This document shows positions 13,401 to 25,547 of a DNA stretch of 64,000 bases, one piece after another. Within the stretch, counting starts at the first letter, position 1, and every line of letters starts with the position of its first letter. The DNA lies in the NCBI GenBank assembly GCA_030265395.1, contig JARFYF010000063.1, positions 48,518,236-48,582,235 of the forward strand, given 5' to 3'. Below the pieces are notes generated by a model that worked only from the letters and a program-made list of their open reading frames with translations, was not told the DNA's origin and did not search any database. Source of the stretch: Rhina ancylostomus (lineage: Eukaryota). A program made the translations under genes and the position numbers.

Positions 13401-14249
13401 TGTAAACAAAAAAAGGAAATTTTATTTAAATATAAAATCCTGGATTTAAGGAATGCCATTTGAGTATTATCCACATACATTTTAAAATGGTGTTATGTTA
13501 ACAAAAAAATTGTTTTCAACATGGAGGTTTCCGAATTGAGTTCTATCTCGGGACTGCCGGAATTCGATCTCCTGTGGGTTCTTTAAAGCTGAGTGCTGAG
13601 TTTCCTTTGCAGTATCCAACTGATCACATACCATCTGTAAGTGTTTTTCTGCATACCACTGGCTACTGTAAAAGGGCTTCCACTGGATGAAAACACCAGC
13701 TTTTTAAAGTTTGTATCATTCCACTGGCAAAATGAAATCCTCTTGATCAGATCACTTGCTTATTTTCATGATGAGTCTATCACCAGCCTTAAGAGCACTG
13801 CATTCTCTTTTGAGATAGGAGTCTTTTGTGAAGTTCATTCCCAGAGTTAAATTATCTCAACAATTCAAGGTTCTGGAAGTAGCTGATGAATCTGATTTCA
13901 GTTCTGGAATATGCATGCACCCAGAGAGTGTTAGCATTGATCATGAATGAGTTTAAATGTCTCAGTCATTAGCCTGCAGCTTGGATTGAACTAAGCTTTT
14001 AGCAGGTTCAAAATTGGTTTTGTAAACAGCCATGCTCTTATTTTTTTGAAAATGCTTTGCAGAACATGAATTATTTGTATCAGTAGTGGTTGGTCAGAAG
14101 GCAGCAATGAAGCGTGCTATTGCATTGTAGTAGACTGGTAATCTTCGAGGGGGAAGCTTGACTATTCCAAATATCTGAAGCCACATCCATTAGTTATTAA
14201 TTATTGGAGTAAATCATTTTCTGATTTGCTGTTCTGAGGATCTTTGTCT

Positions 14250-16400
14250 CCATTTCTGGTGGCAGGATATGGGAGGGGGGAAAAAACCTTCCACTCCTGA
14301 TTGGTCACATTGACTAACAGCTCTTTGTAATCTCCAAACCAAATCAGCCTAAAGGAGATGCATTGGAAGGCTCCAGGTGGCATGCTTTTACTGTGCAAAG
14401 TTGGCATGTGATATAAAGGAGGAGGGATTGAGGTAAAGAAAGACTAACTTGAAAGCTTTAGCAACAAAGGCTCAGGTTCAAATGAGGCCAGCAGGTTGTG
14501 GGGTTTGTATCTTGGCAAGTCAAAACCAGACTGGTGCTTTGGATTTGTTCCTACTTTGTTATCTTGCGTTCATTCTTGTCACTTAACTATAGAAGACTTT
14601 TTATTCTTTTCCCAGGTTTCCAGATGTTTTTAGTGTTCTTAATTAAATTACACAGAAGATACCATTTCTGGATCAGTAATCTCATTATTACTCCTATCTA
14701 AACAGATCAGGAGTTGCTGGAAATTATGGTTCAGGGGTGACATCATCAATTCCCCTTCGCTCGCCCCTCCAAATAGCGCTGAGTTGACAGAAATTTTCAG
14801 GGTTGAGAGAGCCTGACAAATGACTGCCTATCCCCTCCTCCACCCTCTCTGCAATACTGAGCTCCTGTCAAGACATGCCTGAGAGCTAACAGTGAGACAA
14901 AAGCAAATAGACGGAATTTTTCCATGAATATAAGTGTACTGTTACCATCAAAATCCCACAGGAAGGAGGAAAGCTGGATGTATTTTTTTTGAACTACAGT
15001 GGCTGCTGAGAATTAAATTGAAACCACTTAGCTGTTCTGTTCAGGCTGAATACATAAGGCTGGGTCAGTTTTTCTTTGCGAGAGTAACCCGCATACACCT
15101 CCCTTAGAATATTATTCACTTAAGGTTGATAATGCAAATTTGCAATTTGATTCTTGATTCAGAGCTTACTGGGTATGGAATGTGTATTTATAACATTTGA
15201 GATAACAACAACATTTTAATTACAGTATCTTCAAATATTAAAGAAATATGTTCTGACACACTAATTTTGCTTGTTTGNNNNNNNNNNNNNNNNNNNNNNN
15301 NNNNNNNNNNNNNNNNNNNNNNNNNNNNNNNNNNNNNNNNNNNNNNNNNNNNNNNNNNNNNNNNNNNNNNNNNNNNNATTTTGCTTGTTTGTCCTCTAGG
15401 CTACTCGAATCTCTATGCCTTTGGATCAGCAGTTAAGTCTAGCAAAAGAGCAATGTGACTGAAGCCATCTCTAGCTGATATACACGAAGGTAGGGGAGGT
15501 GCATTGCCACGCGTACTTACCCCGGAGGCACAGACACAGATTAGTGCATTAAGTTGGAAAAGTCAAAAATGACTTGAGCCACGCTATTATTATGAGCCAA
15601 ATCAAAAGCTGTGTGCCACTGGAAGTTTGAATTTTTCTGCTACCCTCTTATTTACTGCACATCTGCTGTAATTGCTGTTTGCTGTGGCTTCAAACTGTCT
15701 GCCACAAAGCAGGTGCTGAGAAAGGTGGATGCCTCAAAAAAAACCCACTGAATTCCATTCCAGAGGAGGTTAAAATAATCCACTGCCTGGACTCCTGCTC
15801 TTCCTATGTTTAATACCTAAATTGTCTCAGAATACCTTACTTTTTGATCTTGCTCTTTTCAAAAACGCATGCTACGCAGTAGTTAAAGGTTTTTTAAACG
15901 GACAAGTTACATACTCAAATGATAAGCCCTGATACATTCTGCCATTGTGCTTTCCACCCACCTTTTATCCTCCTTTCAAAGACCCTTGAAAGTTGGTCTT
16001 TGTCTCCTGTGTTCCTAGACTTGCTTTCAGGTCTGCCTTTTCCTACAGAGTAGACACTGCATATCTAGAAGAGGTCGCCATGAATCAGCCTGTTAAAGTG
16101 GTCAGACAGACATAAACTAGAAGATCATAGGTGCAGAAAATAAGAGACGCAGGCAGTCTGAAAGCTGTCATTTTAATAGCCTTTCTGCGGTTGCTACGGC
16201 TGTGAGAGATGCTGCCTAGCCTGATCTCTAGGAGCTGGGAATAACTAAGCCCAGTGAACAAGTCCTGTATCCTTTTTTTCAAAGAAGCAAGAAGTGTTTT
16301 TTAACAAGCTTCACACCCTCCAGCTGCTTTACATCCTGTCTCTGCTCATTCACTGGGAGATTCCATTCTCCTCCCTTCTGCAATTTTTTTTTGTTCATCC
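14250..16400. promoter_or_regulatory. Second promoter/enhancer-like region with no recognisable TE
   Basis: ATTGG at 14300, TATAAA at 14412, + donor-like GAG|GTAAAG at 14432/14433, local CpGs, and a strong minus-strand donor GGG|GTAAGT at 15521/15520. Confidence 0.3.
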
Positions 16401-18529
16401 TCCTTATTTAGCAGTCATTCTCAGCCTTTGACTGCTGTTCTATGTTGGGAGTTTCCAAACCTTTGCAAACAAAAGAGGATATTTTAAAACATGAAAGGAA
16501 GAGGATATCGAGATGTCCACTTTACAATTACATGCCTCCCTTAGGTCCAGATACCCAAAGCATGTTCAGTTAACTTTCCTTCCAACAGTAGTTTCAGGAA
16601 GAATGCGCTGCTCTAGTCACCTCATTCTGTCTTGATCTGCGCCTTACCTACATCTCTTCGCTGATTCTTAACTTATTTCCAAGTTGGTTTTAAATGTTTT
16701 CTGAACCCATTCCTCTCCGTGGTTCACAGAATACAAACTGAAATAACACATGCTTCATCTTCAAAATGTGTTCTATTTGCTCCTTTCTGTCAGGCATTTC
16801 TGGCTATTTAATTTCTGATAATTTGGGGGTCATTTTGGGTTTTTTTCCCCCAATTTCTGAACAATAGAGGAAAACCATTAAGATTGACTTTATAGCTGCT
16901 TTGGAGGTACTTAATGTGATTGGCAGTGGGCAAGAATAAATGTGTTTCTTGTGTATCTGGGAATAATACAAACAGTGGATTGTTTAGCAGATGTAGCTTT
17001 AAATAGGGCAATTGTCTGTTCAATGTTTACACCATTCTTCCACATTTCAGTTAATGTTAATTCATTGACTAATGTCCTTCCTGATCCTTGGTACCAAGGA
17101 TGAGTGCAAATCTAACCCCAAGTAGATCAAGTGTGAGCTAATCCAAATGTAGTTGGTTTGATTAAATTGTGATAAAAATCAGCTTTGCTTGGTTTTGCCC
17201 TGGAGATGGTTTGATTTATTCATCTCATTAAATGCTAGACATTGTGAAAACTGGAGCAACATTGATTCAGATTTGGCATGCAGCTTGGGCTAGTGACTGT
17301 TTGTCGTTTAAAAAGGATTGTGTTCTTCAGAGCAGCTTAAAATGAAGCTTTAATCCAAGACTGGATATTTGTCATGCACCTGTTCACGTATATTTTAATT
17401 TTCCACAAGATGATGCAAAGTTCTCAGTGCTGCATACAAGCAGCGAGCAAAAACTGTTATTACAAATCTCTTTAAATAGATTTGGAAACATACTGAAGAG
17501 TTGGATGTGCAGAATAATGTAGGGAGTAAACAAATAATTCTTCAGAAGAGCACAGTTTAAAGCCAAGTAACAATTGGAATTTATAATAAAATTGAGATTC
17601 AAGAGGAAATTTCCAGTGTTGAACGTGTTCACTGCCTCCGTAATCAGTTATAATCCATCAAAAGCAACACTTTATCTGTAGTTTGACAGATTATCTATTG
17701 GTAGTTGTTGGCAGGAACCTTAAGTGCCTCACCCGATGAAGTATGCAGTGTAATTCCACTGAGATCTATAACTGCTTTGACACAATTTGCAATAATTCCT
17801 AATTTGCTTTCTTTTGCTCCATAATATCCACTTCCTTGTACCCTCAGCTCTATTTCTGTCCAAGATGCTCTCAGTCAGGTGATCTACAAATTGAGTTGGC
17901 CTAAATCCTTTAAAAAGAAATGGTCTCTTCTCCTCCAACAGAAAACCAAGTTCGGTTTATCTTTTGTCATTTCTGATTTAAAGACAAATTGTTTTAATTG
18001 CATGAGATCACAAATCCTTTGTTTACCTCAGCAATATTTTGTGTTCTAATTCATATTGCCTTTACAATCAATAGTGTGCCGCTATGCTTGTTTCAAAGCT
18101 GGAGAGGAAGGTGATACTTTTGAATTGGACCTTGTTTTGTTTTAAGTACAGAGTTGTCTGAAGTATGAATTTATTTTTACCTAACTGTCAATTATAGCTT
18201 TTGAGAAACCTCTTTTTTTTAGTCAGCTTTACAGTGGCTAAGAAAGCCAAAGGTGAATAAACATTTAAGTTCTTTTATGCCCTAAAAAGTATAGGGAGTG
18301 TGGAGTACAAACTTCAATGACAGCCAAGATAGGAAACCAAGCTATCGGGATTTTAAAAAACATTAATCCAAAGATGATAATGGTATTCATCTAAGAATTA
18401 TTTTTTTGAATAAGATTTTGACAAGCTAGAAATTAGTCTTGTACATGCATTCGGTACAGAGCTGTTAAGTGGTTTTAGATCAGGTCAAACAACATTGATG
18501 CTACTTTTCTGGGACTATTTGAAGAGACT

Positions 18530-18858
18530 GCCTTCTGTCTGTATTGACGGTGTTGCGTATTCAAAGACGTTCTTTCAGATGAAAGAACTGAGATCCCATC
18601 TGCTCAGTTGGGTGGACATGAAAATTTCGTGCCACTATACAAAGCACAGTAGTGGAGTTATTCCTGGTGTTCTGGTGAATATATATCACTCAACCAACAT
18701 CCTGCGGGATTGATTGTAATGCTATTGTGGAATTTGGCAGTGTTTTAAATGCTTCTGCATTTCCCTATCTTGCAACTGTAACTGTGTTCCCAAAACAGAC
18801 TGCAAAGTGCATTAAGACATTAAGGTTGTAGAGGGCACTTTATAAATCTAAGTTATTC
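18530..18858 (+). mobile_element. Deu-domain SINE (SacSINE1/AmnSINE-like), degraded
   Basis: Deu core (ctttcagatga...ggtggacatgaaaat...gccactat...ggagttattcctggtgttctggtgaatat..cactcaaccaacatc) and the typical tail ending tataaatctaagtt. Confidence 0.7.
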
Positions 18859-20249
18859 CCATAATCACAGGAAATCTAAAAGCTTGCTGAGTATTAAAAG
18901 TTTAAAACAAAACAGTGATACTCTGAAATATAGTTTCTGCTTATTTTAGGGCAGATGAAGCTGTCCATGTTCAATTTACATTTAAGCAAGGTCAATGAAC
19001 AAACCTTTGGACCCTGTTCAAGTACTCACAGCAATGCACTGAATGGTGCATAGGTACTACAACTGCATTTTCACCTTTTGAGGGCTTCTGGTAGACTTGG
19101 GTTGTTAAATAACATTTAAGAGAACAAATTACTTTCTGATGATTTTACTTGGTAAGTTCAGTCACCCGATGTAAGAACAAGTACCAAAGGAAATGCCAAT
19201 TGGATTCGTCATTTAATTTGTCATGTTGTGCTTGTCATTTGGGACTTTTTATTTAATAAGTCTGTCCAATCAGTGCTAGGAAAAATAGTTACTGTATTGA
19301 ACCTAGTGACACTGCATTTGCATTCTTTCATTCTTGAGTCTTACTGAACTCGTTCACCCCTGCAGTGCTCACGAGATATGGATCTTTCACACTGCAGACA
19401 ATAGAGCTAGTGTAGTGCTTTGTATAATATTAAGCATAATGTAGCCTTTTTAGAACAGGCTTTAATAGGGGGAAAATGGGAATACTGCACTAATTATTCC
19501 ACTGTTGTGGGTGGACTTTAAGATGTAGAAGAAGATGTGTATAATTCACCTGTGACCATTCAATAAGAGATTTCACTCGGCGGACTATTTATCCTGTGAA
19601 TATCATCAAGATCATTTTGGGTAAACTATTTGCCTTGTCTAATGAGAGGAAAGGAACAAAATGAACATCACTTATTAATCTAATATGCTTCAGCAGCATG
19701 GTTTCACTATTTAACATGTCAACAAAGATTTTTCAAATCATGCGGTCAGTATCTTTTCCACACATTTCCCTCCGTGCTGCTCAAACCTAGCAGAAATTAC
19801 CCAAGTTAACAATTCCTTAGAGATGTTTTGTATTAAAGGTTCTTTTACTGGGAATTACAGTTTCATCTTGATGAAGAGCACACAAAATGATTCTTTTCAG
19901 ATAGTGGAACTTAATAAAAGGCATGAAACCTCCTGGAGACTGGGGTGTAGGGAAGGGAAAAAAAATTCTGCTCAAAGTTCCATGCAGTCAGAATGTGGTG
20001 ATTCCAGAAAGATAAAAATGTATTGTTAAAGGAAACTAACCACATTTCTCAGTGGAAATAAATATGACCTGCATTGTCACATGCCAATGACAAAGCTACC
20101 ATAAGCACGTAAAAGGAAGAGTCCATCATAGATATCCATTATTTTGAAATACTGAAGTTTCAATTTTTATTTTAACTAACTGCAAATGTTAAGTAATTGG
20201 TCCTAGTAATGGTCACTCATTTATCTGGCTGTTGGATAAGCTGAATGAT

Positions 20250-20320
20250 TAACTGAGTGAATGGAGGAGCAGACTTGATGGGCCGAATGGCCTGATTCTG
20301 TTCCTGTATCTTATGATCCA
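20250..20320 (+). mobile_element. CR1 3' UTR tail fragment
   Basis: gaatggaggagcagacttgatgggccgaatggcctgattctgttcctgtatcttatg. Confidence 0.8.
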
Positions 20321-20689
20321 GTTGTTGAAAGATAGCAACTTTCTGCAGGAGGTGAATCAAAAGTTATTAACTCCAACCAAGCAGCTGCTAGTTCATGAGA
20401 AGTAATGTACTAACATCAAGAAGTCATCCAAAAGTAGTTTCATTTAAAATTCAGTGACTAGTTTCTCTGGTGATAAGTGATAAGATTATTTCATATAAAA
20501 GTGTTGCTGAGCGGCCACCATAAAGATTTATTTTATCCTACCTGCTTATTTAATCATTCTTTAACCCTTCTATGAAAAGTCAGATATGATGATCTTTGAC
20601 TCTGCAGTGTTCAATTCCATTTGCACATTTACACACCTGCAAGCAACAAGACTTGGAAAATCCTTAGGTAGGAGCTGATGGGGGTAAAG

Positions 20690-21325
20690 TAATTTTCAGA
20701 CCACAAAGGCAGGGGAATGGCAGTCTCCAGCAGAAGGGAGTCTAATCTCAATCCTCGGCATTTATGTGATGTGAACATTCTTGGAGTTACTGTTGACTCG
20801 ACTCAACTGGACCCATCAAGTAAATACTGGGTGATGAGAGTAAATCAAAGGTTGGGTATCCTGTAGAAAAATGACTCCATTCCTGATGCCCCAAAACCAT
20901 GTCATCAAAGAACGTACAAGTCACGAATGTAAAGGAATATTNNNNNNNNNNCATGGACGTGCCTCGACACCATTTAGGACAATGAACCCTAATTAATTAA
21001 CCCTAATTGGGTGCACAGTGGTTACAGTGACTGGCATCTACAAAATGCACTGCTGTTAGTTGTCTAAGCTCTTCCAACAATACCTCTGAAATCAGGGACT
21101 CTAGCATCAAAACAGAGAGGGTGGTAGATGTTTAGGAACTCCACCACCTGCATCTTTGCCTTCAAATCAAATATTATCTTGACTTCGAACAATCTCGCCC
21201 TTTCTGGGTCAAAATCCTGCTGCTCCCCACCCTGACAGTATTGGAGAATTAATACAACCATCCAAGAAAGTAGCTCACTAACTCATGCAAGGGCAATTGA
21301 CGATGTGCAATAAATTAAAGCCAGA
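20690..21325 (+). mobile_element. CR1-group LINE 3' portion, degraded
   Basis: aacattcttggagttactgttgac...ctcaactggaccc, catctacaaaatgcactgc, ctgggtcaaaatcctg, and the 3' end gggcaattgacgatgtgcaataaa. A related tail lies at ~27100-27200. Confidence 0.65.
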
Positions 21326-22521
21326 TTCAGGAAAAAATGAATACTTAATAATAAAATCTTCAGGGATTTCATGTACCTGAGGCTGAGGGGTATTGGAAGA
21401 TCAGTTGACAGCTCTGATTTTTATTTTAATCTGTATTTTGTTTCAAAGAAAACATTGTGGATTATGAATGCAGTAGCAATGATCAGCTTGTCCATTTGTG
21501 CCAAGGTAAAACAGTTCTTGTGCGAGTCTGCACTAAAGCTGTTCCTTCAACATATGCATATCACTGCACTACAAGTACAGTACACAATCTCAAACATGCC
21601 TTCAAATCCACATCTAACGGAACCGTGGGTAAAGCTCTTCACCATCAGCAAGAGAGAGGAATTATAGATTGTGTTATCAATAAGTACCTCTTGATCCAGA
21701 ACACTAACCTTTTGAGTAGTCTAATGGTAACAGTTGTAGTTCTACAAATAGTACAAACCTCTTGGTAAAATAAACATGGTTTGAAGTAAAGTACCATCTA
21801 AGCCATGCAAGGCAAACCATAAAGAATTGTAAATTTGCTGGGTATATTATGTCATCGTTCATTTAATTATAAAAAAAATCCCCACCCTATTAACTTGCCC
21901 ACAAGCACAATAATGATAGTTCAAAAAAAAGCAAGTGAGGGTTTTATGACTATTAATTATTTTAACAGTTGGAAATGGAGCAAAACTTTAAACTGTGTTG
22001 TAACTTGCTCCAGAAAATTAGAAAGCAGTTCACATGGAATAGAACATGTTTAATAGCAAATAAATGACTTTAGAATACAGTTTCAGCAAGTACTTACTGA
22101 GCTAAGGGCAGCTTATTGGCATCCATCACTGGCTCGCAATTGCAAGATTAAATTACAGACAGGCTTGTAAGGTTGCCAGAAAATGCTTGTGTTCAGTGTA
22201 CAGTAATTACCAACATTACCTCTAATAAATGTGATATGATAACATCAGGATTCAACTAAGGTCTTAAATGGTCTAATTCCAAAGCCATTTTCAAAAAGAT
22301 CTTGGACTAAGAAGCAGTTGCACAAAGAAGCAAGTGGTATTGCCAGAAAAACAGTTTAAACTTTGCACAGAATGTACACTCTCTCTTTTCAAAGAGTATT
22401 TCTGTCACAACATCTGCACCACTGGGTTTTCAATAACTGAAGGTCAGCAAACCTTAACTTGAATTAATAATATAAAAATTGATTGAATTTTTTTTTTACT
22501 CAACTACTCTTTTGTCTTCAG

Positions 22522-22671
22522 GTTATTATAACACAGAATCATTATGAAAGACTACAATTAAATCAAAATTGCTCATTTACAGAGCTTTCCATTCAATGTA
22601 AAGACACTAAATCAGCAAAACAGGTTAGCACTCCAACTAATATTTCATTATTGTACTAAGAACATTTTTAG
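22522..22671 (+). ncRNA. Candidate internal exon of the host transcript (alternative donors at 22623 and 22671)
   Basis: Strong acceptor tttttttttactcaactactcttttgtcttcag|G. Donors are CAG|GTTAGC (22623) and TAG|GTAAGC (22671). Very AT-rich, so it could be a pseudo-exon. Confidence 0.3.
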
Positions 22672-23379
22672 GTAAGCAAACAAAACTAAAGAGGACAATG
22701 AGTCCACTGTAATGTGGCTATGATCTAATGTCTGTGGGACTTGGGGCTAACCATATACGACAGCAGAGAAAGCCGACTATTATTGCACTCAGCGAGTATA
22801 AAATATTTAAAGATGGCTTTTACAAATTGCTCATTCATTCTGTGACTTGCGCAGGATGTTTGAAGTTCACATACAAGGATCCACGTCATCCATAAAGTGA
22901 ATGAGTGCTTGGTGATTCGTTAAGGTAGATGGTATTTTTTTAAACTGAAAACATTTTCCACACTCCTTCAGCAGCAGAAAACTCTTAAAGACGACTTGAC
23001 TAAAGAGGTTGCCTCTGAATCAGAAGCTGCTAGATTCAGAATTTTGTGGACTCGAGAGCACGTATCAAAGGTGACACGCTGCACTCCTGCAGAAGGGCTG
23101 CATTATCAAAGATGTATCTGTGTAGAGTAGACTATAAACCAGTGTTCTCTCCCTATACAAGTGAGCAACCCTATTGCATTACCTCTGGACTTCTTAACCA
23201 ACAGCAGCAAAAAGAGAGAACTTCGTTCTTTGTTCGTTGGTTCAGTTTATCCTGCTCGCTGCTCCATTTTGAGCTGCAATTCTAGGTTTCCTTAACCAAG
23301 TTTATTTTTTAGTAGTGGAAAGCTGGAATTCTCTTAAGTCTACAGATGTTAGACAAAAGGGCTTATGATGAGATCAATG

Positions 23380-23505
23380 AGACACTTTGGGTAGAACTAT
23401 CCAGCAATGTAAAATTATGGAACTGAGGCACAGTACCCTCCCATTCTAATTGGATGGTGAAGCACACTTGAGGGACTGAATTGCCTGCTCCTCTTCTCAT
23501 AATCT
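23380..23505 (+). mobile_element. CR1 3' UTR tail fragment
   Basis: ggatggtgaagcacacttgagggactgaattgcctgctcctcttctcataatctt. Confidence 0.6.
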
Positions 23506-25271
23506 TAGTTGAAAGAGTGGTGAAAAATTATATGGTGCAAAGTAAAATGAATAGCCTCAGATCCTCTGCAGGCAAAATATATCTCAAAATAACCCGATGA
23601 AATTTATATGGTTGCTTTCATTTAACAGGGAAAGTTTGGTAAGTGGGATGATTGAACTTTCACCAGTATGTAATTTTAAATCTAACTGGAAGAACAGGTT
23701 TAGTTGACAAAGCGGTGCAGTGCTTATCTAAAATTGGAAAGAAATGATTTGTGCCTATTTTATATCTTAGTTTGGTCAGTATGATCTGAACTAATCAGGG
23801 AGATGTCACAGTGGAAATAATTTACTGTGAAAAGTAAAGAAAATGAGTGCACGTGATGAGCTTGGCTTAAAATAACTCTTCATTATCTGACAGACATAAT
23901 TATTCAGTGACAGAACAGCAGAGTCTGACAACAGCAATATCTATTTAATTTACTGTCAAATCACAGGCACCAATTTGATCAGACATCTAAGTGAGGCTGC
24001 AAGCTCTGTCATACCACCACCAGAGTCTAGTGTCCTTCTACCTTGCTCTCCTAATAATGGTATTTAAATTACAGACTTGTGGATGTTTCCCAGTCACAAT
24101 AAAACCTCGGCATATTCTCCAGTCTCTCATTACAGCCTGTCTGTGCTGTAACAACCCTCTCATCTTCTTTTCATACTCCTCTGCCTTTAACAAATCAGAT
24201 ATTCAAGGTGCCTCGGAAGAATAGCAACTTCTCTTTCCCTCTTTAAGCCAGTATAGCAGCAATGTACATGTCTTATTCCAATCAGATTTTTATTTCCTTT
24301 TGAAGAGATTTGAGGAATACATAACCAACTCAAAGCAACTTCTGTAAATTGCTGGTGTATTCCCTCTTGGCGTTGCTGTATAATTACAGGGGCCCACTGG
24401 AGGCTGTTCGACTTCGAGTGGTGAGAACTATGCAATCTGTGTTGCTGGCATTGTCTCTCGGCATGCAAGTCCTGCTATACTGTACGGTTTGCCTTGAGCA
24501 CAAAGGATAAATTTCCACCCCCTTAGATGATCACACCCTACCCTTAAATGGGTATCAGTTCCTGTCTCTGACTCTAATCAAGGGCGTGCATCTTGTCTCT
24601 TACCCCAAATTAGGCTTGGTATCTGTTTTGTCACGTGCCTTCCTTTCAGTTCAGTTGGTTGTGTTACTCCTTAATGATATCTCCATGCCCTCCATCTTTT
24701 TCAATCTCTTCATTGCCTGTGTCAGTGTCCTGCTGGGATAAATGGACTTGGGAATTAATGCAGCAGAGAGGATGCTTGCACACATCTCTCTTTCTGTTCT
24801 GTTTTACCCCATTTGTGCTTTGTCCTGCTTATTCCCACACCATTTTCCCCAGCCGACTTCTTGCAGCATTCCTACCCTTTGTTGCAGTTGACTCCCATTG
24901 GGTGGATGCTCCCAACACACATGCAACTTGCTTATGGCAGAGAGGCGAGAGGGAAGTGATGAGAGGATGGCATGGTTACTGCTCACAGGTTCCTTTTCTA
25001 CAGCAGTGATAACCTCCCAAGAATTTTAGCCTTGATGAAAAGCCTCATACACTCTTGGTTCTGCTGCATACTTGGAATTCAGGGTGTTCTTTTCTGCTTG
25101 AAGGTTTGGCAAAGAAGTGTTGTTGTTGATTGAATATTTTAGTGGGGATGTAGTGGACTGAGTGTAAAGAGCTATCATGGCTATATGTTTTCTTTCTGCA
25201 GTATGATTGAATATGTATGAGAGGGTGTAGGACAGTTTTACAATAGAAGTACAACAAAAAATCTCATTAGT

Positions 25272-25547
25272 TCTTTATTAGTCACATGCACATGAAAACA
25301 CACAATGAAACGTATCTTTTGTGTAGAGTGTTCTGGGGGCAGCCCACGAGTGTTGCCATGCTTCTGGCGCCAACGTAGCATGCCAACAACTTCCTAACCC
25401 GTACGTCTTTGGAATGTGGGAGGAAACCGGAGCACCCAGAGGAAACCCACGCAGACACAGGGAGAATGTACAAACTCCTTACAAGCAGTGGCCGGAATTG
25501 AACCTGGGTCTTTGGCACTGTAAAGCGTTACACTAACCGCTACGCTA
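25272..25547 (-). mobile_element. tRNA-derived V-SINE, fairly young
   Basis: The minus strand has an A box TAGCGTAGCGG, a B box GGTTCAATTCC and a V-domain (tctgcgtgggtttcctctgggtgctccggtttcctcccacattccaaagacgt). It ends in gtgactaataaag. Confidence 0.9.

Noticed and set aside
15264-15391. 14-bp direct repeat flanking a 100-N gap (similar short ones at 49.5 and 55.7 kb)
   Set aside because: Overlapping contig ends around fixed-size gaps are the likelier cause than target-site duplications.
750-16400. BDNF-like multi-promoter protein-coding gene
   Set aside because: No NRSE, BDNF exon or coding exon was recognised, and the miR-181 cluster explains the locus better.
25400-25547. tRNA gene (also at 63549-63620)
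   Set aside because: The A/B boxes run straight into V-SINE bodies, with no intact cloverleaf.
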